Assembly (NCBI GenBank): GCA_038213805.1
Contig: JBBQSO010000018.1
Coordinates: forward strand, 1 to 64,000
DNA: 64,000 bases
From: Planctomycetota bacterium
Lineage (GTDB): Bacteria; Planctomycetota; UBA11346
Direction: 5' to 3'
In this document: piece after piece, positions 18,891 to 27,929 of the stretch
How the letters are laid out: each line of letters opens with the position of its first letter
How positions within the stretch are numbered: the stretch's first letter is position 1
Notes under the pieces: generated by a model
Seen by the model: the letters and a program-made list of their open reading frames with translations, nothing else
Told to the model about the DNA's origin: nothing
Databases searched by the model: none
Position numbers and translations under genes: made by a program

Positions 18891-19562
18891 ATGCACGCCA
18901 TCCTGCTCCGCTCCACCAACCCACTCGTGCTGATCGCCGTGCTGACCGCAGTCATGCTGCGGCCACTGACCGCAGCCGAGCCGCCGGTCGGGGAGAAGAC
19001 GATCCGGGTGCTCTGCGCCGGAGACAGCATCACCCAGCGCGGCTACCCCGAGGTCCTGCAGACATTGCTGGGCGCCGGCTACACCGTGCGCAACGTCGGC
19101 CACAGCGGCACCACCGCGATGAAACACGCCGGCACCCGCTCATACCCGGATGCGGACCCGCGCCGCGACGACGCCGACATCGTCGTGATCATGCTCGGCA
19201 CCAACGACGCGAAGGTGGAGAGCTGGAGCACGCACCGCGACGAGTTCGCGGCGGACTACGGCGCGATCATCGCCTCGTTCAAGAGCCTGCACTCCCATCC
19301 CAAGGTCTGGATCTCGCTGTCGCCGCCGGTGTTCAAGGCTGAGGGTGGCGGTGGCTTTTCAGCCAAGAACGTCGAGGAGATGGTCGGCATCACCCGCACC
19401 CTCGCCGCCGCGCAAGGCTGCCCGCTCATCGACGTGCACGCCGCAGCGCTGGGCCAGGCGGACAAGTTCAGCGACGGCGTGCACCCCAACGATGCCGGCA
19501 AGCTGCTCATCGCGACCACGGTGAAGGCGGCGATCACCGCGCCGGCGCCAGCTGGAAAATGA
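18891..19562 (+). CDS. Secreted SGNH/GDSL esterase
   Basis: GDSIT, N.GHSG, MLGTND and DGVHPN blocks; signal peptide. Confidence 0.92.
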   Translation: MHAILLRSTNPLVLIAVLTAVMLRPLTAAEPPVGEKTIRVLCAGDSITQRGYPEVLQTLLGAGYTVRNVGHSGTTAMKHAGTRSYPDADPRRDDADIVVIMLGTNDAKVESWSTHRDEFAADYGAIIASFKSLHSHPKVWISLSPPVFKAEGGGGFSAKNVEEMVGITRTLAAAQGCPLIDVHAAALGQADKFSDGVHPNDAGKLLIATTVKAAITAPAPAGK

Positions 19563-19762
19563 GCCATTCGGCACGCGGACCCTGATGCACGAAACGCACA
19601 TTGGCGCAATCGGCGAAAGCGCCTGCACGGAACCGGAGAATCACTTTGGGCCCAGGGAGCACCCATTCCCCTCGGCACCCGCAGCCCAGCGGTGCGGACC
19701 GTGCACTGCGCGGTGTGCCGCCTACCGCCGGCACCACCGCTAGCGCTCCTGGACCGTCACCA

Positions 19763-20542
19763 TCATTTCTGCTGCATCGGCTTTTCGTCCAGCATGCTGG
19801 TAAGCAGCGGCTCCATCGCGTCGCTCCACAGCGTGTACCCGGATGCATCCGGATGGAGCCGATCGCTGCCCAGTCCTTTCCACGAGCTCGCGACCGTCCC
19901 ATCTGCCGCCGTGGTCGTGACCGGCGCCATCGCCGGCACCAGGTCGAGCCAGAAGACGGTCCGCCCATCGGCATAGCCGCTGATGATCGCGTTGGTGGCC
20001 ATCATCACCGCGTCAGCCCGCTGGTTGGGCATGATGCTGACCAGGATCGTCGTGATGCCGGGGAACAGGCCCTGGGTGCGCAGGATGATGGCCTTGATGC
20101 CGGCGGCGATCGCCACGGGACTGTCTTTGGCATTGTTCGTGCCGATGAGCAGCACGGCCACCCGTGGCCTGAGCGCGGCGAGGTCCATATGGTCCAGGCG
20201 CCAAAGGACGTTCTGGGTCTGGTCCGCGAAGCAGCCGAAATTCAACGCGTGGCGCGGCACGTACCTCCGCTCCCAGATGTCCTTGCCCGGGCCGAGCCAG
20301 CGGTCGGTGATAGAGTCGCCGATGAAGATCAGATCGCACGGCTTGCCGGCGGCCGCGGCCAGGCGCGCGCAGCACGCGTTGTACGGGCCGGGTTTCGACT
20401 GGTACCGCGGGTTGGGGACCGGCTGCGTGGTCGCCTCCGTCGCCGACGGTGTCAGTGGAGCCGATGGTGCGACGTCCTGCGCCACTGCAGCGATCAGGTG
20501 GCAGGCGAGCGCCAGTTGGATGACCACTCTGAATATGCGCAT
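19763..20542 (-). CDS. Secreted SGNH/GDSL esterase (PAF-acetylhydrolase-like)
   Basis: FIGDSIT, D.TQNVLWRL, LIGTNN and DRLHP. Confidence 0.92.
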   Translation of the reverse strand: MRIFRVVIQLALACHLIAAVAQDVAPSAPLTPSATEATTQPVPNPRYQSKPGPYNACCARLAAAAGKPCDLIFIGDSITDRWLGPGKDIWERRYVPRHALNFGCFADQTQNVLWRLDHMDLAALRPRVAVLLIGTNNAKDSPVAIAAGIKAIILRTQGLFPGITTILVSIMPNQRADAVMMATNAIISGYADGRTVFWLDLVPAMAPVTTTAADGTVASSWKGLGSDRLHPDASGYTLWSDAMEPLLTSMLDEKPMQQK

Positions 20543-20932
20543 GCGAAGTGGCTCCGCGAGTTTCCAACGCAGGCGCGAGCACACGCCCGTCGCCGCTCAC
20601 ACGATGGTACGGGTATTCCAGATCGACGCTGAGGGCATGCGCGTCACCGGCAGTTGCACTCCCGTCGCCAAGCGACGCTGTCCGCGACGTCTGGTGCGCT
20701 GCGACAGTTCCACCCGCAGTGCCCGTCTGGATGCGGATCCTCGCGATGGCGACGCCGATCCATTGGACGATCCGCTCCAGACGTTGGACTCTCATCGCAC
20801 TGGTTTACCGACGTCGAACGGGCACCGCGAATTGTGGTAATGGCCGTGATGATATCGGGAATAGCACCGCGACCGCGCAGCCGGAACCGACTACCCCGAC
20901 GCTCCCTCTCCACGTCGCAAAGGCCATCACCC

Positions 20933-23900
20933 GTGAAGCCCAATCTCTTCCTTCCGACCCTGTTCTGCGCCGCGGCCTGCGCCGCCGCCGAGGACTCCGG
21001 GCACACCGCCAACACAGGTGACGCGGTCATGCACAGCATCACCATCACCGACCCCAGGGACTTCATCAAGCCGCTGGAACTCGACCAGGCATTCAGCGCA
21101 CGGGTGTGGGCCGCGGGCGAGCCGGTGGCCAACATCGTCGCGATGGACGTCGACCACCAGAACCGCCTCTACGCCGCGCAGACCTTCCGCTTCCGCATCA
21201 AGGGCGTGGTCGACGTGCGCGAGGCGCTGTTCCTGTACCGCGACGACCTGCGCGCGCGCACCCTCGCGGACCGCGCGGCGTTCATGAAGAAGTGGACCGA
21301 CCAGGGCATGTTCAAGCCCGACTACTTCACCAAGTACGCCGAGCGCGTCTCACTGCTCCAGGACACCAAGGGACAGGGCGCCGCCGATCGCATCGGCATC
21401 TTCGCCGGCGGCTTCAATGACCCGCTCGACGGCACCGCGTCCGGCATCCTGGTCGGAGACACCGTCGGGAGCCGCACCACGGTCTACCTCGCCTGCATCC
21501 CCAAGGTCTGGGCGCTGACCGACAGCACGGGCACCGGCGTCGCGGACCAGCGCGTGGCGCTCAGCGACGGCTATGGACCACGCTTCAGCTTCAGCGGCCA
21601 CGATCTGCATGGCCTGGTGCGCGGCCCCGATGGGCGCGTGTACTGGTCGGTGGGCGACCGCGGTTACGACGTCACCACCAAGGAGGGCGGCCACCTCAGC
21701 GATCCGACCTCCGGGGCGGTGTTCCGCTCCGAGCCCGACGGCAGCGACGTCGAACTCTACTACACCGGCCTGCGCAATCCGGAGGAACTCGCCTTCAACG
21801 CCTCTGGCGACCTCTTCACCGTCGACAACAACGCCGATATGGGCGACGCCTCGCGGGTGAACTACATCTTGGAGGGCGGCACCTCTGGCTGGACGCATGG
21901 CTGGCAGCTGCTGCGTGGCGGCGCGCTGGCGAAGGCGGCGCTGCTTGACGGCACGCAGCCCGACCCGTGGCTGGAGGAGGGCATGTGGAAGGAGCGCTTC
22001 GTCGGCCAGCCAGCCCACCTCCTTCCGCCGGTCGGCTTCGCCACCAACGGGCCGTGCGGCCTGGCGGTAGTGCCCGCGACCGGCTGGCCGGCGGATCTGC
22101 AGGGCCGCTTCCTGGTCGCCGACTACCACGGCGGCACCGGCTCGGGCGTGCTGTCCTTCCTGCCCGTCGAACAGGGCGCCGGCTTCACCATGGACAAGCC
22201 CAAGCGCTTCGTGTGGGGCCTGGGCGCTACCGACGTGACCTTCGACTACGCCGGCAACTGTTTCGTCAGCGACTACCTCGGCGGCTGGGCGCAGGCCGAC
22301 AAGGGTGCGATCATCGCCATCCGCGCGAAGGGCGACAAGGCCCAGGACGCCGCGGTCGAGGCCGTGCGCGCCCTGGTCGCTGCGGGCTTTGGAGCGCGGC
22401 CAGTGACCGAGCTGCGCGCGTATCTTGGCCACGCCGACCAGCGCGTGCGCCAGTTCGCCCAGTTCGAACTCGCGCGCCGCGGTCAGGATGGCTTGACGGC
22501 GCTGATCGCGGCCGCCACCGCCAACGGTCCGGTCTACCCGCGCTTGCATGGCATCTGGGGGATCGGCCAGATCGGCCGCCACGATGCGGCGGCGCTGACC
22601 GCGCTGCTGCCGCTGCTGCGTGACGCTGAGCCGCACGTGCGCGAGCAGGCCGCCAAAATGCTTGGCGACGACCGCTGCGCACCTGCCGCCAGCGGACTGA
22701 TCGGCCTGCTCAAAGACCCGAGCGCGCGGGTGCGCGCCTTCGCCTGCATCGCGCTCGGCCGGATCAAGGCCCAGGCGGCGATCCCCGAGCTGCTCCACGT
22801 ACTTTCCGTGAACGACGACCAGGACGCCTGGCTGCGCCACGCGGCGGTGATGGGCCTGGTCGGCGCCAGCGGCGGCGACGGTGCAGCGCTCGCGCGCTAC
22901 GCCGGCGAGGGCTCCAAGGCGGTACGGATGGGCGTGCTGCTGGCACTGCGCCGCCTGGGCGACGCGCACATCGCGACCCTGCTCGCTGATACCGATCCGG
23001 GGATCCGCGCCGAAGCCGTGCGCGCCATCTACGACGTGCCGATCGCCGGGGCCATGCCTGCGCTGATCGCAGGGCTTGCCAAGCCGCTTGACGCCAGCGT
23101 CCCACCCGAGCTCGCGAAAATGCTGACCCTGCGCCTGATCAATGCTACGCAACGTTATGGGGATGACGGCGCCCCGGCCGCGCTGGTCGCCTTCGCCGCG
23201 GGCACTGCGGCGCCGCCGGCACTGCGCGCGCAAGCACTCGTCGCGGTCGCGAGGTGGCCGCACCCGACCACGGTCGACCCGGTCATCGGCCTCTACCGCC
23301 CGGGCCCGCCGCATGAGCACCCGCTCGATGCCGCAGCGCTCAAGGAGCCGATCCTGCGCATCATCGCGAGTGGTGAGCGCGAACTGCTCAAGCCCGCGGT
23401 GATGCTCGCGGCTCAGCTTGGTTACGGGCTCGACGCCAAGACGCTGCTCGCGCTGCTCGAGGATCGCGGGATGCCCGCAGCTGTGCGGACCGAAGCGCTG
23501 CGGCAGCTCGCGGTCCACCCCCCTGTGGATTACGCGAAGCGCCTCGGGCGGCTACTTGACGATGCAAGCGCCGAGATGCGCATCGCCGCCTTCGACGCGC
23601 TGGTCGCCGCGGACCCCGCGGCGCTGCTGCCGAGCGCGCAGCACGTCCTTGAACCCGCCGCCACTCCGCCGTCAAACGCGGCCGTGGTGGTGGTCGACCG
23701 CGCAGCCGGCGGTTGGGAAGAACTCGCGATGCACGCGCCTGCGGCCAAGGGGGAGGCCGATAGCGATCCGGCGAAGGGTGCCCACCTGATGCAGTGGGTG
23801 GATGGCTTCGCGAAGCCGGGCCGCGATGCCGGCGCCGCGGGCCACGACCTGCCCCGTCTCACCAGCGCCGCACTGCCGCGCACCGAAAACGACGGCGAGC

Positions 23901-24958
23901 GCGCCGTGTGGGCCGACGGCGGCGAGAGCCGTTTCGTACTCGACCTCAGCAAGCCCATCGCCGTGGCGCAGGTCGACACCTATTCGTGGCACAAGTCCAA
24001 CCGCGCCCAGCAGATGTTCGTGCTGTGGGGCGCCGGCGGCGATCACCAGCCGGCCACCAGCGGCGAGCCCGGCAAGGCGGGCTGGACGTCCCTGGCCAAG
24101 GTCGACACCAGCCCGCTGGGCGACGGCGGCAAGCACGGCAGCGCCGTGCGGGGCGAGGGCGGCGATGGTCTCGGGCGCTTCCGCTGGCTGATGTGGCAGA
24201 ACTTGCCGCGTGGCACCACCGGCACATTCTATGCGCAGATAGACGTCTTCGCGAAGGGCCATGAGCAGGCGGTCCTCGCCAACCCCGGGGCCGACCGCGC
24301 CATCATGCCGACCCGGCAGCACGCGCTGCTTGCACTCGGCGCGTCCAAGACGCCTGCGGCCGGTGCACTCATCGGGACGTGGTTCGACCGTCTGGTTGCC
24401 GGTACCGCACCGGCCGGCCTGGCGCTTGAAATCACCGACGCGGCCAAGGCGCAGGGCGACCCGGCGCTGGCCGCCAAACTCGAGAAGTACCGCTCCGCAT
24501 GGAAAGCGGGCGATGCGCTCGCCCTCTACCGCGATGCGCTGCTGGGCGGAGACAGCGAGCGCGGCCGCGCCATTTTCACCCAGCACGCCGCACAGTGCAT
24601 CCGCTGCCACGCCGTCGACGGCGAGGGTGGCACCGTCGGCCCGGACCTGCGCGGCGCTCCCAACCGCCTGAGCCGCGACAAGATCCTCGAATCACTGATC
24701 ATGCCCAGCGCCGAGATCGCCCCAGGCTATGGCCTCGCGACGCTCACCCTCACCGACGGCACCAGCATGGTCGGGGGTGTGCTCAACCAGGACGCGAACG
24801 CGGTGGTGCTGCGCATGCCTGACGGCACGCGGCAGACCCTGCCGATGGCCAGGGTCGCGCATATCTCACCGCCGGTGTCGCCGATGCCCCCGATGGGGGA
24901 GATCCTGAACCGGTATGAGCTTCGCGATGCGATCGCGTACGTGATGAGCCTGCGGTAA
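20933..24958 (+). CDS. PVC-type heme-binding protein: sorbosone/glucose dehydrogenase-like propeller, HEAT repeats and cytochrome c
   Basis: GTG start with signal peptide; GHDLHGL..GPDGR.Y.SVGDRG and GLRNPEELAF...GDLF..DN; HEAT-like repeats; GD..RGR.IF...CIRCH...GG.VGPDL. Confidence 0.92.
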   Translation: MKPNLFLPTLFCAAACAAAEDSGHTANTGDAVMHSITITDPRDFIKPLELDQAFSARVWAAGEPVANIVAMDVDHQNRLYAAQTFRFRIKGVVDVREALFLYRDDLRARTLADRAAFMKKWTDQGMFKPDYFTKYAERVSLLQDTKGQGAADRIGIFAGGFNDPLDGTASGILVGDTVGSRTTVYLACIPKVWALTDSTGTGVADQRVALSDGYGPRFSFSGHDLHGLVRGPDGRVYWSVGDRGYDVTTKEGGHLSDPTSGAVFRSEPDGSDVELYYTGLRNPEELAFNASGDLFTVDNNADMGDASRVNYILEGGTSGWTHGWQLLRGGALAKAALLDGTQPDPWLEEGMWKERFVGQPAHLLPPVGFATNGPCGLAVVPATGWPADLQGRFLVADYHGGTGSGVLSFLPVEQGAGFTMDKPKRFVWGLGATDVTFDYAGNCFVSDYLGGWAQADKGAIIAIRAKGDKAQDAAVEAVRALVAAGFGARPVTELRAYLGHADQRVRQFAQFELARRGQDGLTALIAAATANGPVYPRLHGIWGIGQIGRHDAAALTALLPLLRDAEPHVREQAAKMLGDDRCAPAASGLIGLLKDPSARVRAFACIALGRIKAQAAIPELLHVLSVNDDQDAWLRHAAVMGLVGASGGDGAALARYAGEGSKAVRMGVLLALRRLGDAHIATLLADTDPGIRAEAVRAIYDVPIAGAMPALIAGLAKPLDASVPPELAKMLTLRLINATQRYGDDGAPAALVAFAAGTAAPPALRAQALVAVARWPHPTTVDPVIGLYRPGPPHEHPLDAAALKEPILRIIASGERELLKPAVMLAAQLGYGLDAKTLLALLEDRGMPAAVRTEALRQLAVHPPVDYAKRLGRLLDDASAEMRIAAFDALVAADPAALLPSAQHVLEPAATPPSNAAVVVVDRAAGGWEELAMHAPAAKGEADSDPAKGAHLMQWVDGFAKPGRDAGAAGHDLPRLTSAALPRTENDGERAVWADGGESRFVLDLSKPIAVAQVDTYSWHKSNRAQQMFVLWGAGGDHQPATSGEPGKAGWTSLAKVDTSPLGDGGKHGSAVRGEGGDGLGRFRWLMWQNLPRGTTGTFYAQIDVFAKGHEQAVLANPGADRAIMPTRQHALLALGASKTPAAGALIGTWFDRLVAGTAPAGLALEITDAAKAQGDPALAAKLEKYRSAWKAGDALALYRDALLGGDSERGRAIFTQHAAQCIRCHAVDGEGGTVGPDLRGAPNRLSRDKILESLIMPSAEIAPGYGLATLTLTDGTSMVGGVLNQDANAVVLRMPDGTRQTLPMARVAHISPPVSPMPPMGEILNRYELRDAIAYVMSLR

Positions 24959-24983
24959 ACGTCCCGGGCGGCCGCAGGAACGC

Positions 24984-25004
24984 CGCTGCACATGTCGTGC
25001 AGCG
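24984..25004. terminator. Hairpin between convergent genes, possible terminator
   Basis: CGCTGCAC-ATGTC-GTGCAGCG; no U-tract. Confidence 0.3.
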
Positions 25005-25036
25005 CACGCCGCACCGTGCGGCGTCCAGGGGCGAAG

Positions 25037-27568
25037 CTACTCCGCCCCGAGCAGCGCCTGGTGATCACGGGCGATGGCAACGCGCGTGCGACCGTCCTTG
25101 CCGGGGGCGAACGTGATCTGGTCGACCTGGTCCTGCCAGGCGACGGTCACGGTGCGGTGGTCGACGCTCCATGTCGTCTCCGGCAGCGCCTGGCCCTGCC
25201 GGTAGGGCAGCAGGAGCAGCTTGAAATCAGCGCTCACCGCCTGGCTGGGAATATGGAGCTTGGTGATCTGCATGTCCTTCTGGGGCGGGTTGGGCACGCT
25301 CATCAGGTCGACCGTCGCTGGCGCGGCCGCGTCGAGCTGCGCGGCCTCAAGGACGCGCACCAGCAGGTGGCGGTCGGCGGCAGGCGCGGGCTGGCCCTTG
25401 GCGGGCGGCTTCGGCCGTTCGTCCAGAATGATGTCGGCCTGCGGGTGGGCGGCGTCGCCGGTACGCTGCGCTGAGCCCAGGGCGAGGTCGTCGGCGAGGA
25501 TCATCCCCCAGTCGTAGGCGTGCGGCTGGTCGTCCTTCTGCAGGTCATCGACGATCAACGCGTAGGGGTGCGTGCCGCGCACCAGGACCGCGGTGCGGAA
25601 GGCCTTCTTCACCTGCACCGCGCGCCGGTACCAGTCGGCGCGCTCGTGGTCATCGGCGGGCGGCTTCTCGGACGTGTACCAGTTGGGCAGGTCGCCGAGC
25701 GGCATGCCCATCCACGCGATCGGCGAGGGCTGCAGGCGGAAATCGTTGAAGGTGTAGGGCAGGGCGCCGGTGGCGACGCCCGTGGGCGGCTTGGCGAAGC
25801 CCTTGCTCTGCCAGTTCCACGCGATGCCGAGATCGGTGGCGATGACGGTGGCCAATGGCCGGTCGGTCATTTGCACGCACCTGCCCTCGGCGATCGACGG
25901 ACCCTCGCCGTCGGCGAGCAGCACCGAACGGTTGGCCGGCAGGTACTGCTCGTGCACCTGGCGCATGACGCGGTAGATGCTCCAGTAGCGGCCGAGCCCG
26001 TAGAGGCTGAAGTGCGAGCGGTCGCAGTAGACGTGGCCGCCGGGGATCGCACGCGTCAGGTAGTCCAGGTAGAGCGCATCCTTGTCCCAGGCCGAACGCG
26101 TCACCAGGTTGCAGGTGTCCTGGCTGAAGTAGGTCAGCGGCCGTCCGCGCGTGACCTGCGCAAACTCGGAGTCCCAGGTCGCCCCCGGCGTGAAGTCCGT
26201 GGCGAAGATCGCGCAGCACAGGCTGTCCATGACCGCGAACGGGTGGTGGGTGTTGACCCGGCCGCCGGTGATGTTCGCGTAATCGCCACCCAGCTGGTTG
26301 CGGTACATGAAGTCGCCGCTGACGTCCTTGGGGAAGAGCGCGTGGTAAATCATCACGTCGGCGTTGCGGCTGATCTTGTTGCCCGTGCCACCAAGGGAGT
26401 CGCAGAAGGTGAAGGCGTCGCCCCAGGGGTTCATCGACGCGACGAAGCAGTCGTTGTAGGCGGCGCGGATGGCGGCGCTGGCGATGACCTCGCGGCCGCG
26501 CTTGGCCATGATGATCAGGTGCTCCATGAACATGAAGTTCTTGCCCCAGCCCTCATAGGCCTCGCCGGTGGCGAACATCGACGCGATGAAGTTGGTCTGC
26601 GCGTCCGCGCAGCGCCGATAGGTCTCCGGGTCGCCGCCCGGCTCGCCCTCGATGGCGGCGGCGAGAAAGATCAGCCGCGCCGACCACGAGATCCAGTTGC
26701 TGGTCCCCGAATGCAGCGCGCGCAGCGTCTCGCAACCGATGTTGGTCATGCCGGCGGAGGCGTGGGCGATGGTCTGGCGCACCGTGGCGCGCTGCTCTGC
26801 GGTCATCCAGACGTAGGCGAAGTCATAGTCCAGGCCCAGGGTGCCCTCGTGGGTCGGGCCTTGGCCGACGACCCGCCAGTCATCCGGCGCACCCTTCGCG
26901 CCCTTGGCTTTTTCCTTCGCGATGTTTTCCGCGAGCTTCACCTCGTCCATCTGCGCGAGCGTGGTCACCGCGGCTGCGACCCTGCGCCCACCCTCCTGGT
27001 CGTCGTCGACCAGGCAGCGGAAGGCCTCGTACATCAGGCAGTAGGGGATGTTGCCATTGGTCCACACCGCGGCGCCCTGGTCGCCGGCGATGAGCTTGTC
27101 GTAATCCGCGCGGCACTCCGCCTTGAGTCCGGTCAGGGTCGCACTGAGGTGCGCGCGGATGTCGCCCATCACCGCCTTGCCGGCGGCGGTCTTCGCCAGA
27201 CGCTCACGGATTTCCGGCAGATCGTCGGGGTTGAAGATGACGCGCGGGTGTACGCCCGGTGCGGGCGGCGGACGGATGAAGCTGCGCTGCATCCCGGTCT
27301 CGTCGAGGGTGATGGTGACGGGCGCGCCGAACCACTTCTGCAGCTCCGCATCGGTGTAGCCGAAGTTCTTGTGGCGCTTGATCATCTCGTGGTCGATGGG
27401 CAGCACGCAGGGCTTCAGGTCCTGGCCCAGGAAGGGCGCCACGCAGGCGATGAGGTGGTCACCCTCGCGCAGGCTGGGATAGACTTCCGGGGGCAGCGAC
27501 TCGGCGGCCACTCGGCCCGTGGCCATGAGCCAGAGAAAAAAGAGCAGGGCGTTGCGGGGACTGGGCAT
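25037..27568 (-). CDS. Secreted heparinase II/III-like putative polysaccharide lyase
   Basis: Signal peptide after GAGG; HPRVIF...LPEIRERL, NW, GEAYEG, RSAW and GGH...DRSHFSLYGLGRYW; helical N-half and beta-rich C-half. Confidence 0.7.
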   Translation of the reverse strand: MPSPRNALLFFLWLMATGRVAAESLPPEVYPSLREGDHLIACVAPFLGQDLKPCVLPIDHEMIKRHKNFGYTDAELQKWFGAPVTITLDETGMQRSFIRPPPAPGVHPRVIFNPDDLPEIRERLAKTAAGKAVMGDIRAHLSATLTGLKAECRADYDKLIAGDQGAAVWTNGNIPYCLMYEAFRCLVDDDQEGGRRVAAAVTTLAQMDEVKLAENIAKEKAKGAKGAPDDWRVVGQGPTHEGTLGLDYDFAYVWMTAEQRATVRQTIAHASAGMTNIGCETLRALHSGTSNWISWSARLIFLAAAIEGEPGGDPETYRRCADAQTNFIASMFATGEAYEGWGKNFMFMEHLIIMAKRGREVIASAAIRAAYNDCFVASMNPWGDAFTFCDSLGGTGNKISRNADVMIYHALFPKDVSGDFMYRNQLGGDYANITGGRVNTHHPFAVMDSLCCAIFATDFTPGATWDSEFAQVTRGRPLTYFSQDTCNLVTRSAWDKDALYLDYLTRAIPGGHVYCDRSHFSLYGLGRYWSIYRVMRQVHEQYLPANRSVLLADGEGPSIAEGRCVQMTDRPLATVIATDLGIAWNWQSKGFAKPPTGVATGALPYTFNDFRLQPSPIAWMGMPLGDLPNWYTSEKPPADDHERADWYRRAVQVKKAFRTAVLVRGTHPYALIVDDLQKDDQPHAYDWGMILADDLALGSAQRTGDAAHPQADIILDERPKPPAKGQPAPAADRHLLVRVLEAAQLDAAAPATVDLMSVPNPPQKDMQITKLHIPSQAVSADFKLLLLPYRQGQALPETTWSVDHRTVTVAWQDQVDQITFAPGKDGRTRVAIARDHQALLGAE

Positions 27569-27620
27569 GGGATGACCTCGTGAGGGGCGGGCGGAGGCGG
27601 GATCCGCGCGCCCTGTATAA

Positions 27621-27635
27621 TGTAACATGATACGT
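27621..27635. promoter_or_regulatory. Candidate operator TGTAWCATGWTACGT, copy 1
   Basis: TGTAACATGATACGT near-palindrome 52 bp upstream of the lyase-like gene, next to minus-strand TTGAGA. Confidence 0.65.
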
Positions 27636-27929
27636 TTATCTCAAGAGTACGGAACATCCCCTGAAGCGTTGTGGGGCCGCAGCGGTGCACAGGTGCGCCA
27701 GACCCAGGATACCACCTGCCAGCGGTGCGGGAGACCAGCACCGCTCCGTAGCCTTCTGGCAATGCGAGCAGGCGGCATGCCGACCTTCCGCGGCAGCAGC
27801 CCGATCAGCGGGACGACTGCCAGCGTTCAGACCGCGACGACGTGCACGCCCGCGGGCACGGCGCCGAGGCCGGCGAAGCAGCAGGACCTGCGCTCTAATT
27901 CCCCCACCCTCCCAGCGCCGGTCGTGGTA

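Noticed and set aside
27721..27745. GAGA-loop hairpin as an ncRNA or terminator
   Set aside because: Isolated GC stem without a U-tract or further structure
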